Assembly (NCBI GenBank): GCA_030704615.1
Contig: CM060732.1
Coordinates: 45,260,001-45,324,000, forward strand
DNA: 64,000 nt
Direction: 5' to 3'
Origin: Takakia lepidozioides
Taxonomy: Eukaryota; Plantae; Bryophyta
A program made the translations under genes and the position numbers. Below, one piece after another: positions 13,538 to 26,800 of this stretch. Each line of letters starts with the position of its first letter. Position 1 is the first letter of the stretch. Below the pieces are notes generated by a model. It did no database searches. It was not told the DNA's origin and saw nothing but the letters and a program-made list of their open reading frames with translations.

Positions 13538-14063
13538 TGTGGCAGACTACTTTATTGTGTATATATATGTGTGGTGTGGTTTGGACAGCGATGTAGTTGT
13601 GTAGGGATACGTATGCGCACGACAGCTGTCAAGTTAAATAAACACAGTGTGAAACTAACTAGAATAAATCTAGTTATTTGTATTTAATACTTGGAATTAG
13701 TTCAAGTGTTAAGTCAGGTGTCAAGTTTAGCTTGACACCTGAACCATCTTATCTTCACGAGCTCGTCCGTCGTGCGGCTCATCTCTCTCGAGTTGAGCCT
13801 GCACGACCGAGCTCCTTCACTGCTTAGAATCTGAGTGTGCTTATGAAGGGAGAATATGATGTTGTGGGGTGGAGTCCCCATAGCTTGGGGTGCCCCTGGC
13901 TCGACTCTTAGTTTAACGAGTGATGATGTTGCATTTCGTTTTTCGGTGTCGACAGTGTGATTTTAGTTTCGTATCATTGTGACAGACTACTTTATTGTGC
14001 ATATATGTGTGGTGTGGTTTGGACAACGATGTAGTTGTGTAGCGATACGTATGCGCATGACAA
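13538..14063 (+). mobile_element. LTR-like unit (13538-13976, TG...CA) preceded by a PPT-like agggggcgat and followed by the first ~85 bp of a second copy (13978-14063)
   Basis: Direct repeat agactactttattgtg...tacgtatgcgca at about 13544 and 13984. Internal hairpins, e.g. tcaggtgtcaag/cttgacacctga. The second copy is cut off by the LINE. Confidence 0.5.
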
Positions 14064-16915
14064 CCATTTTTCTTCAATCAGCATCTAGTAAGGTGTTGGT
14101 CAATGGATCCATCTCAAGGTCCTTCCCTCTTTTTCGCTCGGTGAGACAGGGGTGCCCGCTATCTCTCTTTCTGTTTATTATTGCTGCAGATGGCCTCAGC
14201 CATCTTCTACACAACAGGCCAGCTGTGGTGGGGCTTGAAATCCAGCACCTATCTATCCCAAATTACAGTATAAAATCCTCGTTATATGCTGATGATACTT
14301 CCTTGTTAATTGATAACAACACTATGACTAATGTGGATCGGGCCCTACTCGCTTTGTCGCAATTTTGTGCTGCTTCGGGTCTAAATATAAACTGGAGTAA
14401 GTTTAAAAGGATTTTATCCAAGATAAAGTACTCCACGGTGGCTGCCCATACAGCCCCCTGGGGGGAAGCCCTCAGTCTTTCTTGGTTGCAGGAATGCCAA
14501 TTGCATGTTCTCTTGGGTCATTTGGTTGGGCATGACCTTTCTGACGCTCTGCGTGCTGAAGGTATCATGGCAAGCCTCAAGAATAAGCTAGCCTATTCGT
14601 GCTCGGTGCACCTCTCTATAGTGGGCAAAGCTATTATTGTTAACCAAGTTGTGTTGGTTTCTAGCTGGTTTGGCTCTTCAGTTTGGTCGCCAGGAGAGGC
14701 ATTTATCAAAAAGATGAAAGCTATGATGCGGAACTTCATTTGGGGGGCCTCCTCTCTTGGCCAGACTCGTAGAGCGCATGTGAGCTAGAAGCAGTTGACC
14801 CAAAAAAAAAGTAATGGTGGTCTTGGTATTATAGACCCTAAATCGCAAATCGCGGCCTTTCTAGCCAAGTGGATCCCAAGGGTGTTCACTCATTCTCTTT
14901 CACCATGGAGTCTCCTGGTTCGACATCATCTCCTCAAGGCTCGTCCAGCTCCTTCCTCAATTTGGCCTCCTTCCCTGAGATGGGTTGTGCAGGGAGGCTC
15001 CTCAAACTCCGTGCCTCTTTCGGGCTCACAAGCTTGGAGATCAATATGGCAGGCTTGGTTCTCTGTGAGGGGTCATCTTACGCAATCCAAACCTACCATT
15101 ACAGAGGAGGTGCTTAGACAACCGTTGTTTGGGAATGGCAATCGAGAGTCAGAGACTTTGCTTAAGTGCTCAGCCAGTTGGGCTGCTTGGGATGCGGCGG
15201 GTATCTCTAGTTTTTTCCATTTATGGGAAAATGGTTCTCTTATCCATGCGGAGGTGGCTGAAGATTCCCTCTCTCGTAGAAGAATCAGGGTTGGTTGGGA
15301 TGTAGTGACTGCTAATCTCCCATCTTCTTGGGTTTCTTTGGCATCCTTCCCGACCAACAGAAGGGGTCTCCCAGCCTGGTTATCCTTTGATAACGGTTCT
15401 TCTAAAGCAGCCTTCTTTGCATTATCCTGTTCAGATTCTAGGCTATCTGGTTGGTGTTTTCGGGTTTTGGACTCTTGTATTCTTCACTCTCCAAGACCTG
15501 CCCTGGTCTCAGAGGATGCTTGCTGGCCACAGGTGTTGCGAATCCTTCCGCTGATAATGGTTGTCATACAAATCCGCTCTTCTTGTGGTTCTTGTAGGCT
15601 CCTTTGGCCTTGTTACAATTTGACCCCGGGGAGTGGAGATGGAATGATAGGCTTAGTTTTTTTTTTTTTTGCTTATACTGTAAAGCTGGGTTACTCTATG
15701 CTAAATCCGATGGTTTCCATGGATCTTAAATGGACAGCGAAGTGGAGACACCTGCAATCCTGCCCATCTACCTGGAAATGTGTTTGGAAAAATGTTTGGC
15801 ATAAAGACCGTGCAGCCAAAGTTTCAGGATTCCTTTGGAAATTAGTGAATCGGATCCTTCCTCTGAAAACTTGCTTTCCTGACTCTTCCCCAGTCTGCGC
15901 CTCTTGTTCGTTGGGAGATATAGAATCCCTGGAGCATTGCTTTGTTTCTTGCCCAAGGGCCAGCCATGCTTGGCATTTTGTGACTACTTTCTATGCTCTT
16001 TGGAGCCCTGTGCCTCGGAATGATATAGCTGTTTTGCTTTTAAATTTTCAGGGAGGTCATTTGTGGTCCAAATGTCCGGTTTGGGCTGCCCTAAGGGCTC
16101 ACACTTTGTGGAACGTGTGGAAGGCTAGATGTGATGTGATTTTGTCAGATAAGCCGTTCTCAGTAAGGTCTGTACTGTTTATGACTCACTCAGACATCAT
16201 GACTGAGGCTCGGAAAGCTTGGGGTGTGTTGGGTTCAGCTCTTTCCAGATGTGGGGAGAGGAGGCGTAAAAACCTCCTCCAAGAGTTTGATCAATCTTGG
16301 GGCAAACGAGGAAAGATCTGCACCAGATTATCAGAATCGAGGTTTCAATGGAATGACAACTTCCCGAAGGAGTGGCTGCTCTCTTAGCTCCATGCGCTCC
16401 CCCTTGGTGGGGATGAGCCTAATGTCAATTGGAGGCACCGTAAGTCTTTTAAGAAGGGCAAATCGAAGGCGCTCTGTTTTGGTAGCCTAAATTAGTCAGC
16501 AGGTCTGCTGAGTGGCTCTTTGTGGATTTCCTCGCTGTTCTCATGGTTTGGCCTGTCGCTACTGCATAGTAGATAGAAGGAGATATTTGGGCCTTGCCCA
16601 GCTGCTCTCCAGTTTTGTAGTGACCGAGGGAGGGCCTCACACTAGGGCTCTTCAAGCATCTTCATGGTTGGGGACACTGCTATTAGGCTCTAGTCTTACT
16701 GGTTTATGGCTCTTGATCTTTGGATTATCCTTGATCTAAGACCTCTCTTCTCCCCCTTCTCTTAAACTTGGTCACGAAGCATTGTCTTCCTAGATCAGCT
16801 GTATGGCACCTTGGTAGAGGTTATTTTTTTCTCTTGTTCTTCTCGGACGTTCTATGTCCTAGCTAAGAGGCCTCCATTCCTCTTTTTGAAAAAAATAAAA
16901 ATAAAAATAAAAATA
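14064..16915 (+). mobile_element. 5'-truncated L1/Tx1-type LINE (RT plus C-terminal zinc finger), defective
   Basis: RT motifs VRQGCPLS, YADD, SGLNINWSK, GGLGI and CASC..ESLEHCFVSC. In-frame stop at 14786-14788 (probably TGG>TAG). A-rich tail at about 16889-16915. Confidence 0.92.
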
Positions 16916-18508
16916 TTGATATATGATATATCTATTATATTATATTAAAAAAAACAAATATAGTTTTATAATTAGATGTATTATCAGTAAAAGAAATGCT
17001 AGAAAAATATAAACGGTCCAGCTTGCGAAGGGTATATCCTGAACAATGCCGATAGGTGTAGCGACCACACACCCGGAAGGATGACAGCATTTAATGTTCC
17101 CATGGTGGGTGCGGTGGATGAGGAACTGGATGACGACAAAAGAAACGGATGAATAAGTTAAGTAACACAATCCTAACTTTGGATGGTTGCAGGTCGACAA
17201 CCGGGGGACCTTGCCACGTGTAGGGCTGCGCGCCGACGAGCGCATGTGAACGTGTAGATAACTCAGTGGCTGCCAAATTTGTAAGGCGAAATGTCAGCTC
17301 CGAGGTTGGGTTGCCGGATTTGAGCACGCGACCCCCTCCCTGCTGGAAGCTGCACGCACGTGCAGGAGCGCTTCATCTCTCTCTCTCTATCTTTGCTCCC
17401 TTCCACAAGTTAAATCTGGTGTGCCTCGGAGTCTGCGAGAATTGGAGGAGTAGTGCGTAAGAAGGTGAGGCTCTTCTGCGTTTTGCTTTGGATGTGTAGG
17501 CTTGATTTGATCGGGCGAAGAACTTGTCTGTATGTATGTATGTATGTTTGGTTGTTTCTTTGTTTGTTTCTTTATTGCACTGCAAGGGTAGCGAGAAGAA
17601 GGTGAGGCTCGCGTGCTTGAAAATTTCGATCTTTTTTGTTCGAGAAGAGTTTTGGTTTGCATGAATTATTTGTGTATGTAAGAAATGTTCAGAACGTGTA
17701 TGGCGTGTTGGTGCTTTCTTCAAGACGCCGCAGTGGCCGTGCATTTTAGTTTACTGTTTGCCAGAACCTGCGTCCAGAATGTCCATTGACTCCTGGTTTC
17801 GTCACATATGTCTCGCCTGTGCGATTGTGGTCTGAGCTCGATCTTGGATGTCTGTTACCCCGTTCTCTATGTAACTGGTGTGTCTTCAGTTGATTAGCTA
17901 TCTCTCTCTCCGCATTGTTTCCTGATTTTGAGGGGATCGAAGCTACTGTTGATCCATAGCAGATGCAAGGACCGTCAGTTTCTCCTGTTCTCTTGCCTAT
18001 TGCTGTCCATCTCTTTTCGCCTATTGGCTGCTGCGCAGTTCCCATCCAGCTCTGTATGTACATCCAAATAGGAGGATTGGTTGAACCGTCGGGGCTTCTT
18101 TTGTGCACCTGCCAAGTGTCCTGTAACGATCAGCAAGGTAGACGAGGGATATGTATGTAAATCGCCAAAATCGATGGGATGATCGATAGCTTCTGATATC
18201 TTGACGCGGGAGGCGTTGGTCTACATTAGGTTAAAAGTTCATGATTGCAGTGCAATTTTGGAACTTGTGAGTCCTCCCGCACCTGTTTTATCCGCACAAT
18301 TCCGGATATGATGCTCCATCATAGGAAGTCTAATGAAGTAAAGTTTTGAACTTGTGTGACTAATCCAGGAGTTTACCATAGGGAAATGAAGCCTATCTTC
18401 TCACTTAAGCAGTCACAAAGACAACAAGTTGCATAACACCAGTTCACTGTGTGTCATTCTCTTATGAAGGCTGAGAGGAGTGAGTGGAGCTAGGCCTCGA
18501 TTTTGATT

Positions 18509-21500
18509 ATGACATCCACAAATGGGTCTTCACCTGCTGCCGCTGTGACGCATGAATCGCCTCATCAGAACAAATATCCACGCATTTCCCATACACCTTT
18601 GAACGACCGCATCCTCGCGTCAATGGATCGGCGCACTGTTGCAGCACATCCATGGCATGACCTTGAAATTGGTAAGTTTCCTTCTAGTATTTTTTTAATT
18701 TGTCTTACTTTCCTGTACTTGTTTTAGTCACTGTCTGCAGTCCTCCCACGACTGCATATGTGTCAGGAGGCTTTTCTTAGTTCCTTTGGCAACCCCCAAC
18801 TATCACTGTTTCATTTCCTTACGTTCAAGAGGACGTTTTGCAGGACCAGAAGCTCCAGCAGTTTTCAACTGTGTGAGTATTTTATCCTGGGCCTCCTTAC
18901 ACCGTTCAAACTACATGTGTATTTAAGGCTGAAATAGCTTACTCCTAATGGGCTGTTTTTAGGGGAGTAGATCATTGTATGGTGGAGGCTCAGTTTTAGA
19001 ACTCACGAGATGATACGTTCTTAATTGTGTGTTGATTTGAGTGAGAGGTCTAATGCAAAGGATGTCAGGTGACAGCTCCCACAGGCCAAACACAACTTAT
19101 GCAAAGGTCTATTTATGCAGGTTGTTGAGATTGGGAAAGGAAGCAAGGTGAAGTATGAGCTTGACAAGAAGAGTGGTCTTATCAAGGTAATGTGCTACTT
19201 TGGCCACCTACCATCACGGATGTTATGCTCTAACTTGGCTCTAATGCTAAGCTGCTCTCTGTTTGGTACCACACTTTTAATCTGGGCGTTTTGTTCTTCA
19301 GGTTGACCGGATTTTGTACTCATCAGTAGTTTATCCTCACAACTATGGCTTCATTCCTCGCACACTTTGTGAAGACAACGACCCCATTGATGTCCTGGTT
19401 ATCATGCAGGTAGCATCTTCTCCAGTTACCCTTTGCTTGATGATGGACCATGGTTCCATTCTTTGTTTTAGACAAGGGGACATATAATTATTAGGCTGAC
19501 TAAGGTGCACAGACAGATTTTTTATGCATTGCATAAATAAGAGGTGGACAAAGTCTGGACCAAGACTGACATAGAGGAACTAGATAGATTGTACTCATAA
19601 GACGTTGTTTGCCGTAGCCTTGTGGCCATTGACCCCGCGCCCAGTTTGAGCGGGAACAAAAGGGACAGAACCTACCTCTGTCAGGGGCTGACGTTGGTAG
19701 TAAGACTTACCTCCATATAAAGAATTAATCCGGATTTTCCAGATATCCTCTAGAAATCCCTTCACACAAGCATCAATCTGCTGTGTGTGATTTGCCCAAA
19801 AACTAGGCCTCAGGAGGGCCTGGGCTTTTGGCTCAGCCTCGAGACTTTCAAAGTTGGTAAACAGGGGTACAGGCACAATTCCCTTAATAGATTTGAAGAG
19901 AGTGTCTCTTTGGTGAGAGAACCCCGGACAGTGTAGGCTTCCTGCCCTGAGTTTAAATTTCAGGGAACTAGATAGAGGAACTAGATAGAGTACGGGTCCT
20001 ACTGCAGATGGGAGTTGTGTCCTACATTTACATGTGCATTGGCTGGCCTTCAGTTCAACAATAATTTCCTGATGTTGTACAAGCCTGATGAGCATTCCTT
20101 TCGTTTGCTCAAGCAGGAACCTGTTCTCCCTGGGTGCTTTCTCCGGGCACGGGCAATCGGACTGATGCCTATGATTGATCAGGTAATCGAATAATTTTGC
20201 TCAATTCTTTTGTCCAACCTGTTCGTGAGTCCATACAGTTTCTATGGATGTGTGCCAGGGCATACCTTGTTTTGTCCAATCATGTGGAGACATCATTGGA
20301 AGGTTCCTTCCAAATGTTAATGACCATATTTGTTGTCTGGACTGAATACGCAGTAAATGACTAGTGTGGGAAGTTGTAGATTGGCACCACGCAATATTCT
20401 CATCCATGGCCTTGCCAGTTGTTCCACAATGTCATAAGAGAAGTGGAGGGATGCTTTCAAGATGAAGATAGTGGCATCTGCGCACTCTTTGTGGCTTTCA
20501 ACTGTGACTACTGAATTTTGACTTGCAATTAGGTGCCATGTGATTTGTACTTCTGGACATCCTTCGAGATGCACTTATTTTGTTTTGTAAGTTATGGTGC
20601 TCGTTCTCTTTGTGCATTTACCGTACTTCTGCCTTCTCTTTGTGGATGACAGGGAGAGAAAGATGACAAAATCATCGCTGTCTGTGCGGATGATCCTGAG
20701 TACCGTCATTACAAGGACATCAAGGAGCTTCCACCTCATAGGCTTGCCGAAATTCGCCGCTTTTTTGAAGACTGTATCCTTTCTTTGTATAAGGAAGTGT
20801 GTAGCCAACTGCATTCTTCATCTCAACAGTCCAAGCTTTTATTCATAGATAAAATAACAAACTTCAACATAAACATGAACACGTCACTCTGGCTCATTAC
20901 ATGTCTCTGAATGACCAGGTTAAGCACAGTGGTCTCTATATTTTACACTTCTGTAGTGGTTGACAAGTAGTTGCTGCTTTGTCTAAGCAGATCAGGCAAC
21001 AGTTCTTTGTCTCAAAATCTTTCTTAGATTTCAGTGCAGTTTCAATCAACTGGAAAGTGAGTTGTTACTGAAGCCAAAGGTAGACAATATTTTATGGTTC
21101 AGATTCTGTAATCTCGGTTCCTTGATTCTTTCTACAGACAAGAAGAATGAGAACAAGGAAGTCGCTGTGAATGATTTCCTTGGCACTGAGAGTGCTGTTG
21201 AAGCCATCAGTCATTCAATGTAGGTTTCTACCAGTCTGGTCTGTTTAATAGTTGTTTTGGGAATGATAGAAGAACACCACTTAGTCAAAAATGTGATACA
21301 GATGTGTACATTTAGCACTTGATGTCCTCAGCCTCATCCTTGAAAAGTTTCAAGTATCCATAACTGCTACTGGTTTGAGGATGAGATGCACGAGGATTAA
21401 TTATGCATCTAAACTTCTAGTATTTAGTAGGGACGATTTCTCCAAATTGCCAGTGCTTGCACCTACTAAGCTCTTGACTGTTGTTTCCAGGGACCTGTAC

Positions 21501-21533
21501 GCCGCATACATTGTGGAGAGCTTGCGACAGTAG
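18509..21533 (+). CDS. Soluble inorganic pyrophosphatase (family I, PPa1-5-like); exons 18509-18671, 18844-18872, 19121-19186, 19302-19409, 20117-20182, 20653-20773, 21138-21219, 21491-21533
   Basis: [96 protein letters not shown]. The 5' UTR probably starts near 17370 and contains introns. Confidence 0.96.
19589..19971 (-). mobile_element. 5'-truncated non-LTR retroelement 3' end inserted in a pyrophosphatase intron
   Basis: Flanked by an 18-bp direct repeat atagaggaactagataga (19571-19588 and 19972-19989). The minus frame [14 protein letters not shown]...[18 protein letters not shown] resembles a LINE ORF2 C-terminus. Confidence 0.55.
20774..21137 (+). other. U12-type (minor spliceosome) GT-AG intron in the pyrophosphatase gene
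   Basis: 5' site GTATCCTTT; branch site TTCCTTGAT about 10 nt before the 3' CAG. It splits the Tyr codon of FFED-Y-KKN. Confidence 0.9.
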
Positions 21534-22996
21534 GGCCTTGCCCCTCATTGAATACGGTCAATACTTGTATTTTAGTGAGGGGAAGTGTTCTTTCAGATAC
21601 TTTGCCTAACAACTCAGGTGGAACTTCTCATTCTTGCCATCCTTGGGCTACTACTAATTGTTAATCCCATTTGTGTATATCTCAATTTATTTTATTTTTC
21701 GCTTTTTCATGTGTGTGTGTTTTTCCATACAGGGGACCAACATAAGAGGAGGCTTAACATTTTAACGATCAAGCAAATAAAGCTGTTTGGGCTGGGTGAA
21801 CGCTAGGTTTTGGAGAGGTGTACTGCATCTTAACATGGTGGTCTGCATCTTTAAAAGTCTCTCCTGGCAGATGGAGGGCTCAGATTTTGGCTGTGTTTCA
21901 GAGTTAAAACTAGAATTATCTCATTTCACCCTCAAGAAGATACATTTGCAGAGAGGAGTACATAATCATGGTCAATAGACCGTTACTGGTGCACTGACAG
22001 GTATGATTCACAGATCTTCCTGCAGAGGTGAGCTATGACCTCAATTCCGAACATTGTTCATTTGAATGAAGAGGTTAATCAACATGTTCTCTTAAGACAA
22101 CCTTTCTCACCTCGTCAATTTACTCCTAAAAAATCATTTATAATCTATCAAATGACATGTTGCAGGCCCAGCAACAACTTGATCTGTTTTAGATGAACAG
22201 TCTGTTCTTCACTGTCCCTTGGGCTGTAGATCCCCCTATATGTTATATATGTCACTTGTTTTGCATGTTATGAATTCACTTTTGTCTACTGTAGTAGCCA
22301 GGGGAGAGGAAACAGACGTACCAGCCATAGTGGGAACTGCCCAGCTTCTCCATTTACAAAGTTATGCAAAAGTGATAAACCAGGATTCAATTAAGCTAAG
22401 CCTACATATATCAGTCTGTAGTCTTTCTAAATGGAAGTAAATGGGGGAAAGAGCGATTGGACGGTGTGTGAACTGTAATCTGTGTAACTGGTGAGGAGCA
22501 TTTGACTTTTATTTTGGCAAAACAAGGGAGACAAAGCAAAATATCTGTGGGCAGAACAATATTTCAATATCCATGCTTTAGGCTTGACAGACTGATTTTC
22601 CCAATTGACTGCAAAATCTGCACTGCTATGTTCCTAACTAACAACATGCTAAGAAAAAAAAAAAAAAAAAAAAAACTTGCTAAGATCTAAAACTTGAAAA
22701 TTTGAATGTAGAGTCAAATTGCTGTAAACATTGGAATCTTATGCCTCTTTTGTGAATGCAAAAATTGTGGAGCAGGAAAAACTGCACAATGTTTATCGAA
22801 AATCTTAAATGACTCAGCCAATACAGTCCAAAATTCCACCAGAACATGCCTCCTGATGCAGCCCCCCCAACCTTTCAGATACCGGTCTGTCTGGGGTCGC
22901 TTCAGCGTTTACGGGCTAAACTCGTCATCTCCTAAGTAGTGCACGTTGTAATGATTTCAAGCTTCCAGGGTCTGCTTTTGGAGACATGCTGCTTTG

Positions 22997-23049
22997 GACT
23001 TTTGAAAATCCATGTAACAATAACAGTGTTACATGGATTTTCAAAAGTC
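22997..23049. repeat. Perfect 23-bp inverted repeat with a 7-nt loop
   Basis: gacttttgaaaatccatgtaaca-ataacag-tgttacatggattttcaaaagtc. Confidence 0.95.
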
Positions 23050-23193
23050 TGATCTCATCCATTACCCTTTTTACTTCTTTAAAAGGGGCATCCTTGAATT
23101 CCAGCAACGGATGCGTTTAAGAATATAACCCATGTTAGGAACAGAAGATTAGTGTCTATAAGACATTTGCTTGTAAATTAATCGTCGTCCCGA

Positions 23194-23402
23194 TGGGACA
23201 CAACTCCTTGGTAAGGGACAGGGTTGCCCGAACTAGGAGGGGCTGGTCTCAAATCCCCACCCTTGTGGGATTTGCCAGGCGGTGCGGCCATGAGGGTGTG
23301 CCCCCTTGGACAAGGGGTGCTGGCCGGAACCAGGGGGGTGATTAGTAGCCTCGAGCTGCCCCGCTCGGCTGATACACCTCCCCTCCAAGAAACAAAAAAA
23401 AA
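23194..23402 (+). mobile_element. Possible tRNA-derived SINE
   Basis: GC-rich island of about 210 bp with an A-box-like caactccttggtaagg, a B-box-like ggtctcaaatccc and an A-rich tail. No TSD seen. Confidence 0.35.
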
Positions 23403-23817
23403 CCCTTCCTTTTTTGGTTTCTCTCACAAATCCACTTCCAACTTTCCCACACACACGTCATCAATTTGGAGCAGAGTACCTCCATGTTTTTGACGACATG
23501 TGCTCCCGAGTAGAAGCGCTTCCTCCACAGACTACTTCGAGCGGTTATCCATCCATTGAATCAAACTATGCCGCCTTCCTTTGGGCTGTCAGTTGTTAAA
23601 TCTGTGCAGGAAGGAACAGATCGAGCACTTCCCTGCTTCTAAATTACAGAGTGATTCCTGACCCCTTCCATACACAGAACAGAGGTCAAGGATGCTAACT
23701 TAGAAGGAAACTCCACATTTGACATGCCATCACAGCAGCAACTTTTCAGACAACAGATGTGAAACTATGTTGGATATTAATCAAATTGACCTACAGATAA
23801 AAGTGATTTGTTGTGGC

Positions 23818-26800
23818 TTAAGGTGAACTAGGTTCAGAAAAAGCAGCTGAGCAAGGAGCTAGACTCTCTCCAAATGCACCCCAAATCTCTGCAATCTCTT
23901 CAGCTGACAATGCCACTGGGAGCAATTGGCTGAGCTGCTTTGGGGTTGATGACCCTGACATTAGTGGAGTTGTGGATAATGAAAGACATGGGGTCAATGG
24001 ATTTGAATGTGGAATTGGCAAGGCCCAAGCTTCAGCTGAATTTGCATCTTCTTCTGGGTATTCACCTGAGGAGTCCCTACAAATATCAATAGGAACTGGT
24101 CGAGCAACTGGTGGACCATAAGCTGAAGCAGCCAACGATTGCAGAGACTGTACATCTGAATTGGTGTCAGGCACAAACGCCTCAGTCTGAACTGTCTCAG
24201 AAGCTGCACATATGGGAGCCTCAACTTGGAGCTTCAGTTCGGTGTGCATTGCTGTGTCTGTTCGAGACTGTGATTGAGCTTGTGATTCCACAAGTAACAA
24301 CTCCTGCAATTGGATTTCAAAAGCCCAGGAATTAGCCAACTCAAATGCAAGTCATAGAGGACTGTTCCCTTTCACAATTCCCTAGGGGATTATGCTGGCT
24401 GAGCATTCCGGCTGTTTCTACCACCCGGCACTTGCATGAAAACTTGCTAAGTGGACAGAAAGAGACACTAGGTTTGAATTTCAGCGAAACCATCAAGTTG
24501 AAAAATAGATGTGAGCAATCATACAAATACATACTGTGAAATGTAGTTGCTTGTGGTTATGAAGTCCCCAACCGCTGGGGTTCTAGCATTTGCACTTGCA
24601 TGCTATCAATGTGCAGAACAAATGTGACAGAGAGAAACTTACCCCTACCGAAGCACGGCCTTCCCCTTCACAGTCTCTAAGGAGTGCAGGGGTTGGCTGT
24701 AACCTATCCCCTTCACTGCTGTCCCCTTGTTGCAGAGTCTCTAAGTCCATCCCTGTAACAACCTCATTGAAAGTTAAGCCTCCTTTACTGATTAGACCAG
24801 ATGCTGAGATGCAAGTGTTCTCTGAGGGAAAATCGGAAGTTGGCACTGTGCTGTCATTTGTGTCTGCACAAATCCATTGAAGATGCACGAGGGGCTCCTC
24901 TATATCTGGGACCTTGAGTTTCTCCGAAGGAATCACAGCAAGAGCCTCGCAAGATTGTTCAGATGGTTTCCCCCAACTTGGCACTTCAGGTGTTGAACTT
25001 GGAAGATAGTAACAAACTGAGGGAGTGTTTGTAGCTGCATGATTACCATCATCTGTTTCGAGCACAGCTTCGGTGCTGGTGCGGACCATGTCCTGTGTAT
25101 TGATCATTTGCACTGATATGGGCAGCAACATCTGCGACCCATCAGATCTGCTACTTCTTTCGATGATCTGAAGTTTTTGAGAACCACCAGTTTCATCCAG
25201 AACGACCTTTGCAGCTTGATGAGACATGAGCTCTACGTCAAGGTTGGAGGACATCTCCTCTGGGAGGATATTATGAAGGGCATGGCCATCAGCTACTGTG
25301 TCTGGCATTGTCAATGAGAATGAATCGGTCTGTATATCTGGATCAGCTGAGTGCTTTTGCTGATTGCTCACGGTGGAGCCTCCCTCTGGTGAAAGGTCAC
25401 TCTTGACGTCAGAGAATGACGAAACTGAATTTTCAATAAAGGGATGAGAGGGCTCCTTGGTTGCCTCCTGCAGATCCGTGTCTGGTACTTCAGCCTGCTT
25501 GTGAGCATCTTTGGATCCCACTGTGACAATTACCTTAGGATCCACATCCACATCCATCTCTACAACCTCATTTTCTCTGATCTCAGATGTCATCAACTGC
25601 CCAACTTCCTTTTGAGCTGTCTCGACCTCATCTGCACATGCTGATAAGCTGCACGATTCTCCTTGCCCCGAAATATTTGTCTCCCCAATCCTGTTCTCCA
25701 CTGGCAAATCTCTTGCAAAGTTTGATGACGCAGTGATATCATCATTGTCCACCGCAGCAAAAGTCTCAGACACGGCTATATCGTCCAGAGGATATTTCTG
25801 GCACCTCACTGTTGGCTTATCACCAGACATATCCCTCGAGCCTTGGGCAGCATTGCAGTTTCCAAGCACCGCCACCATTTGTGGGGCCACGAAACTGAGC
25901 CCCATGATGCTTTCCTCTGCTTCAACATTTCCTGCGAACTTCACTTCGGTTGCCTGTTCCACAACACACGGACAAGAGGTTCCTACATTAGAGGACCAAA
26001 TTTTAGAAAAACAGCTTTCAACTGTCTTTGCACATGCCTCGTCTCCGTGATGCTAAGGCCCCGCAAAGCAGGTAACAAAGAGAGATGGAGGAGGGTTGTA
26101 TTCTTCTAGAGGTTCCTTGCTAATGAAGGATCCTGTACAAGGCCAAGAGAGTTCCTTTGAGCAGCATGTGCAACCTACAAAGCTATGGAAGAGATGCTGT
26201 CAATTGTGGGACTTGTACAACATGGAGGCACTTTGCTTAAGGATTTTGTTATTAAGGGGCTCCTTCTGGCATGGAGTGGAATGACACTCACAGATTTACT
26301 AGCGCCACATGATTAAACAACAGACATCACTTAACAGTCCATTCCCAGGCATCCCTCCTCAGATACTTATATCAAAAGAGCAGCATGGCAGTAGTCTCAG
26401 GGACATCTTGTTGGATGGTGACTGGTCCTTTGCAAACTTCCATGTCAACGGTCTGGACTCAATGGCAAACTCTTACTATAGAGGTGAACTTCAAACCAAC
26501 ATACCACGCACTCAGTAGCATCAGGGTGGCCTCGCACCGGTAAAGAGAGCTCGGATACACGGATTGGAACATCAATGATAGGCTCAAAGAATGAAATCTC
26601 CAGCGATGCCTTCACCAATGAGGTGTTGACGAGCTCCCCCTGGATTGAAGACTTTTCGCTCAGCACCTGGGATTCTGAATTGGGGGAACTAGTCTGAACT
26701 GCATTCTTGCTTGGAGATTGATTGACTGCAGAAGATGGGTCGCTAGAGGTGACATCTGTACTCTGAACCAGTGACAGGTAAGGAGATTCCTCCTCGGACA

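Noticed and set aside
13979-14063. N-terminus of the 269-aa ORF as part of the LINE protein
   Set aside because: It derives from the upstream LTR-like repeat and is in frame by chance.
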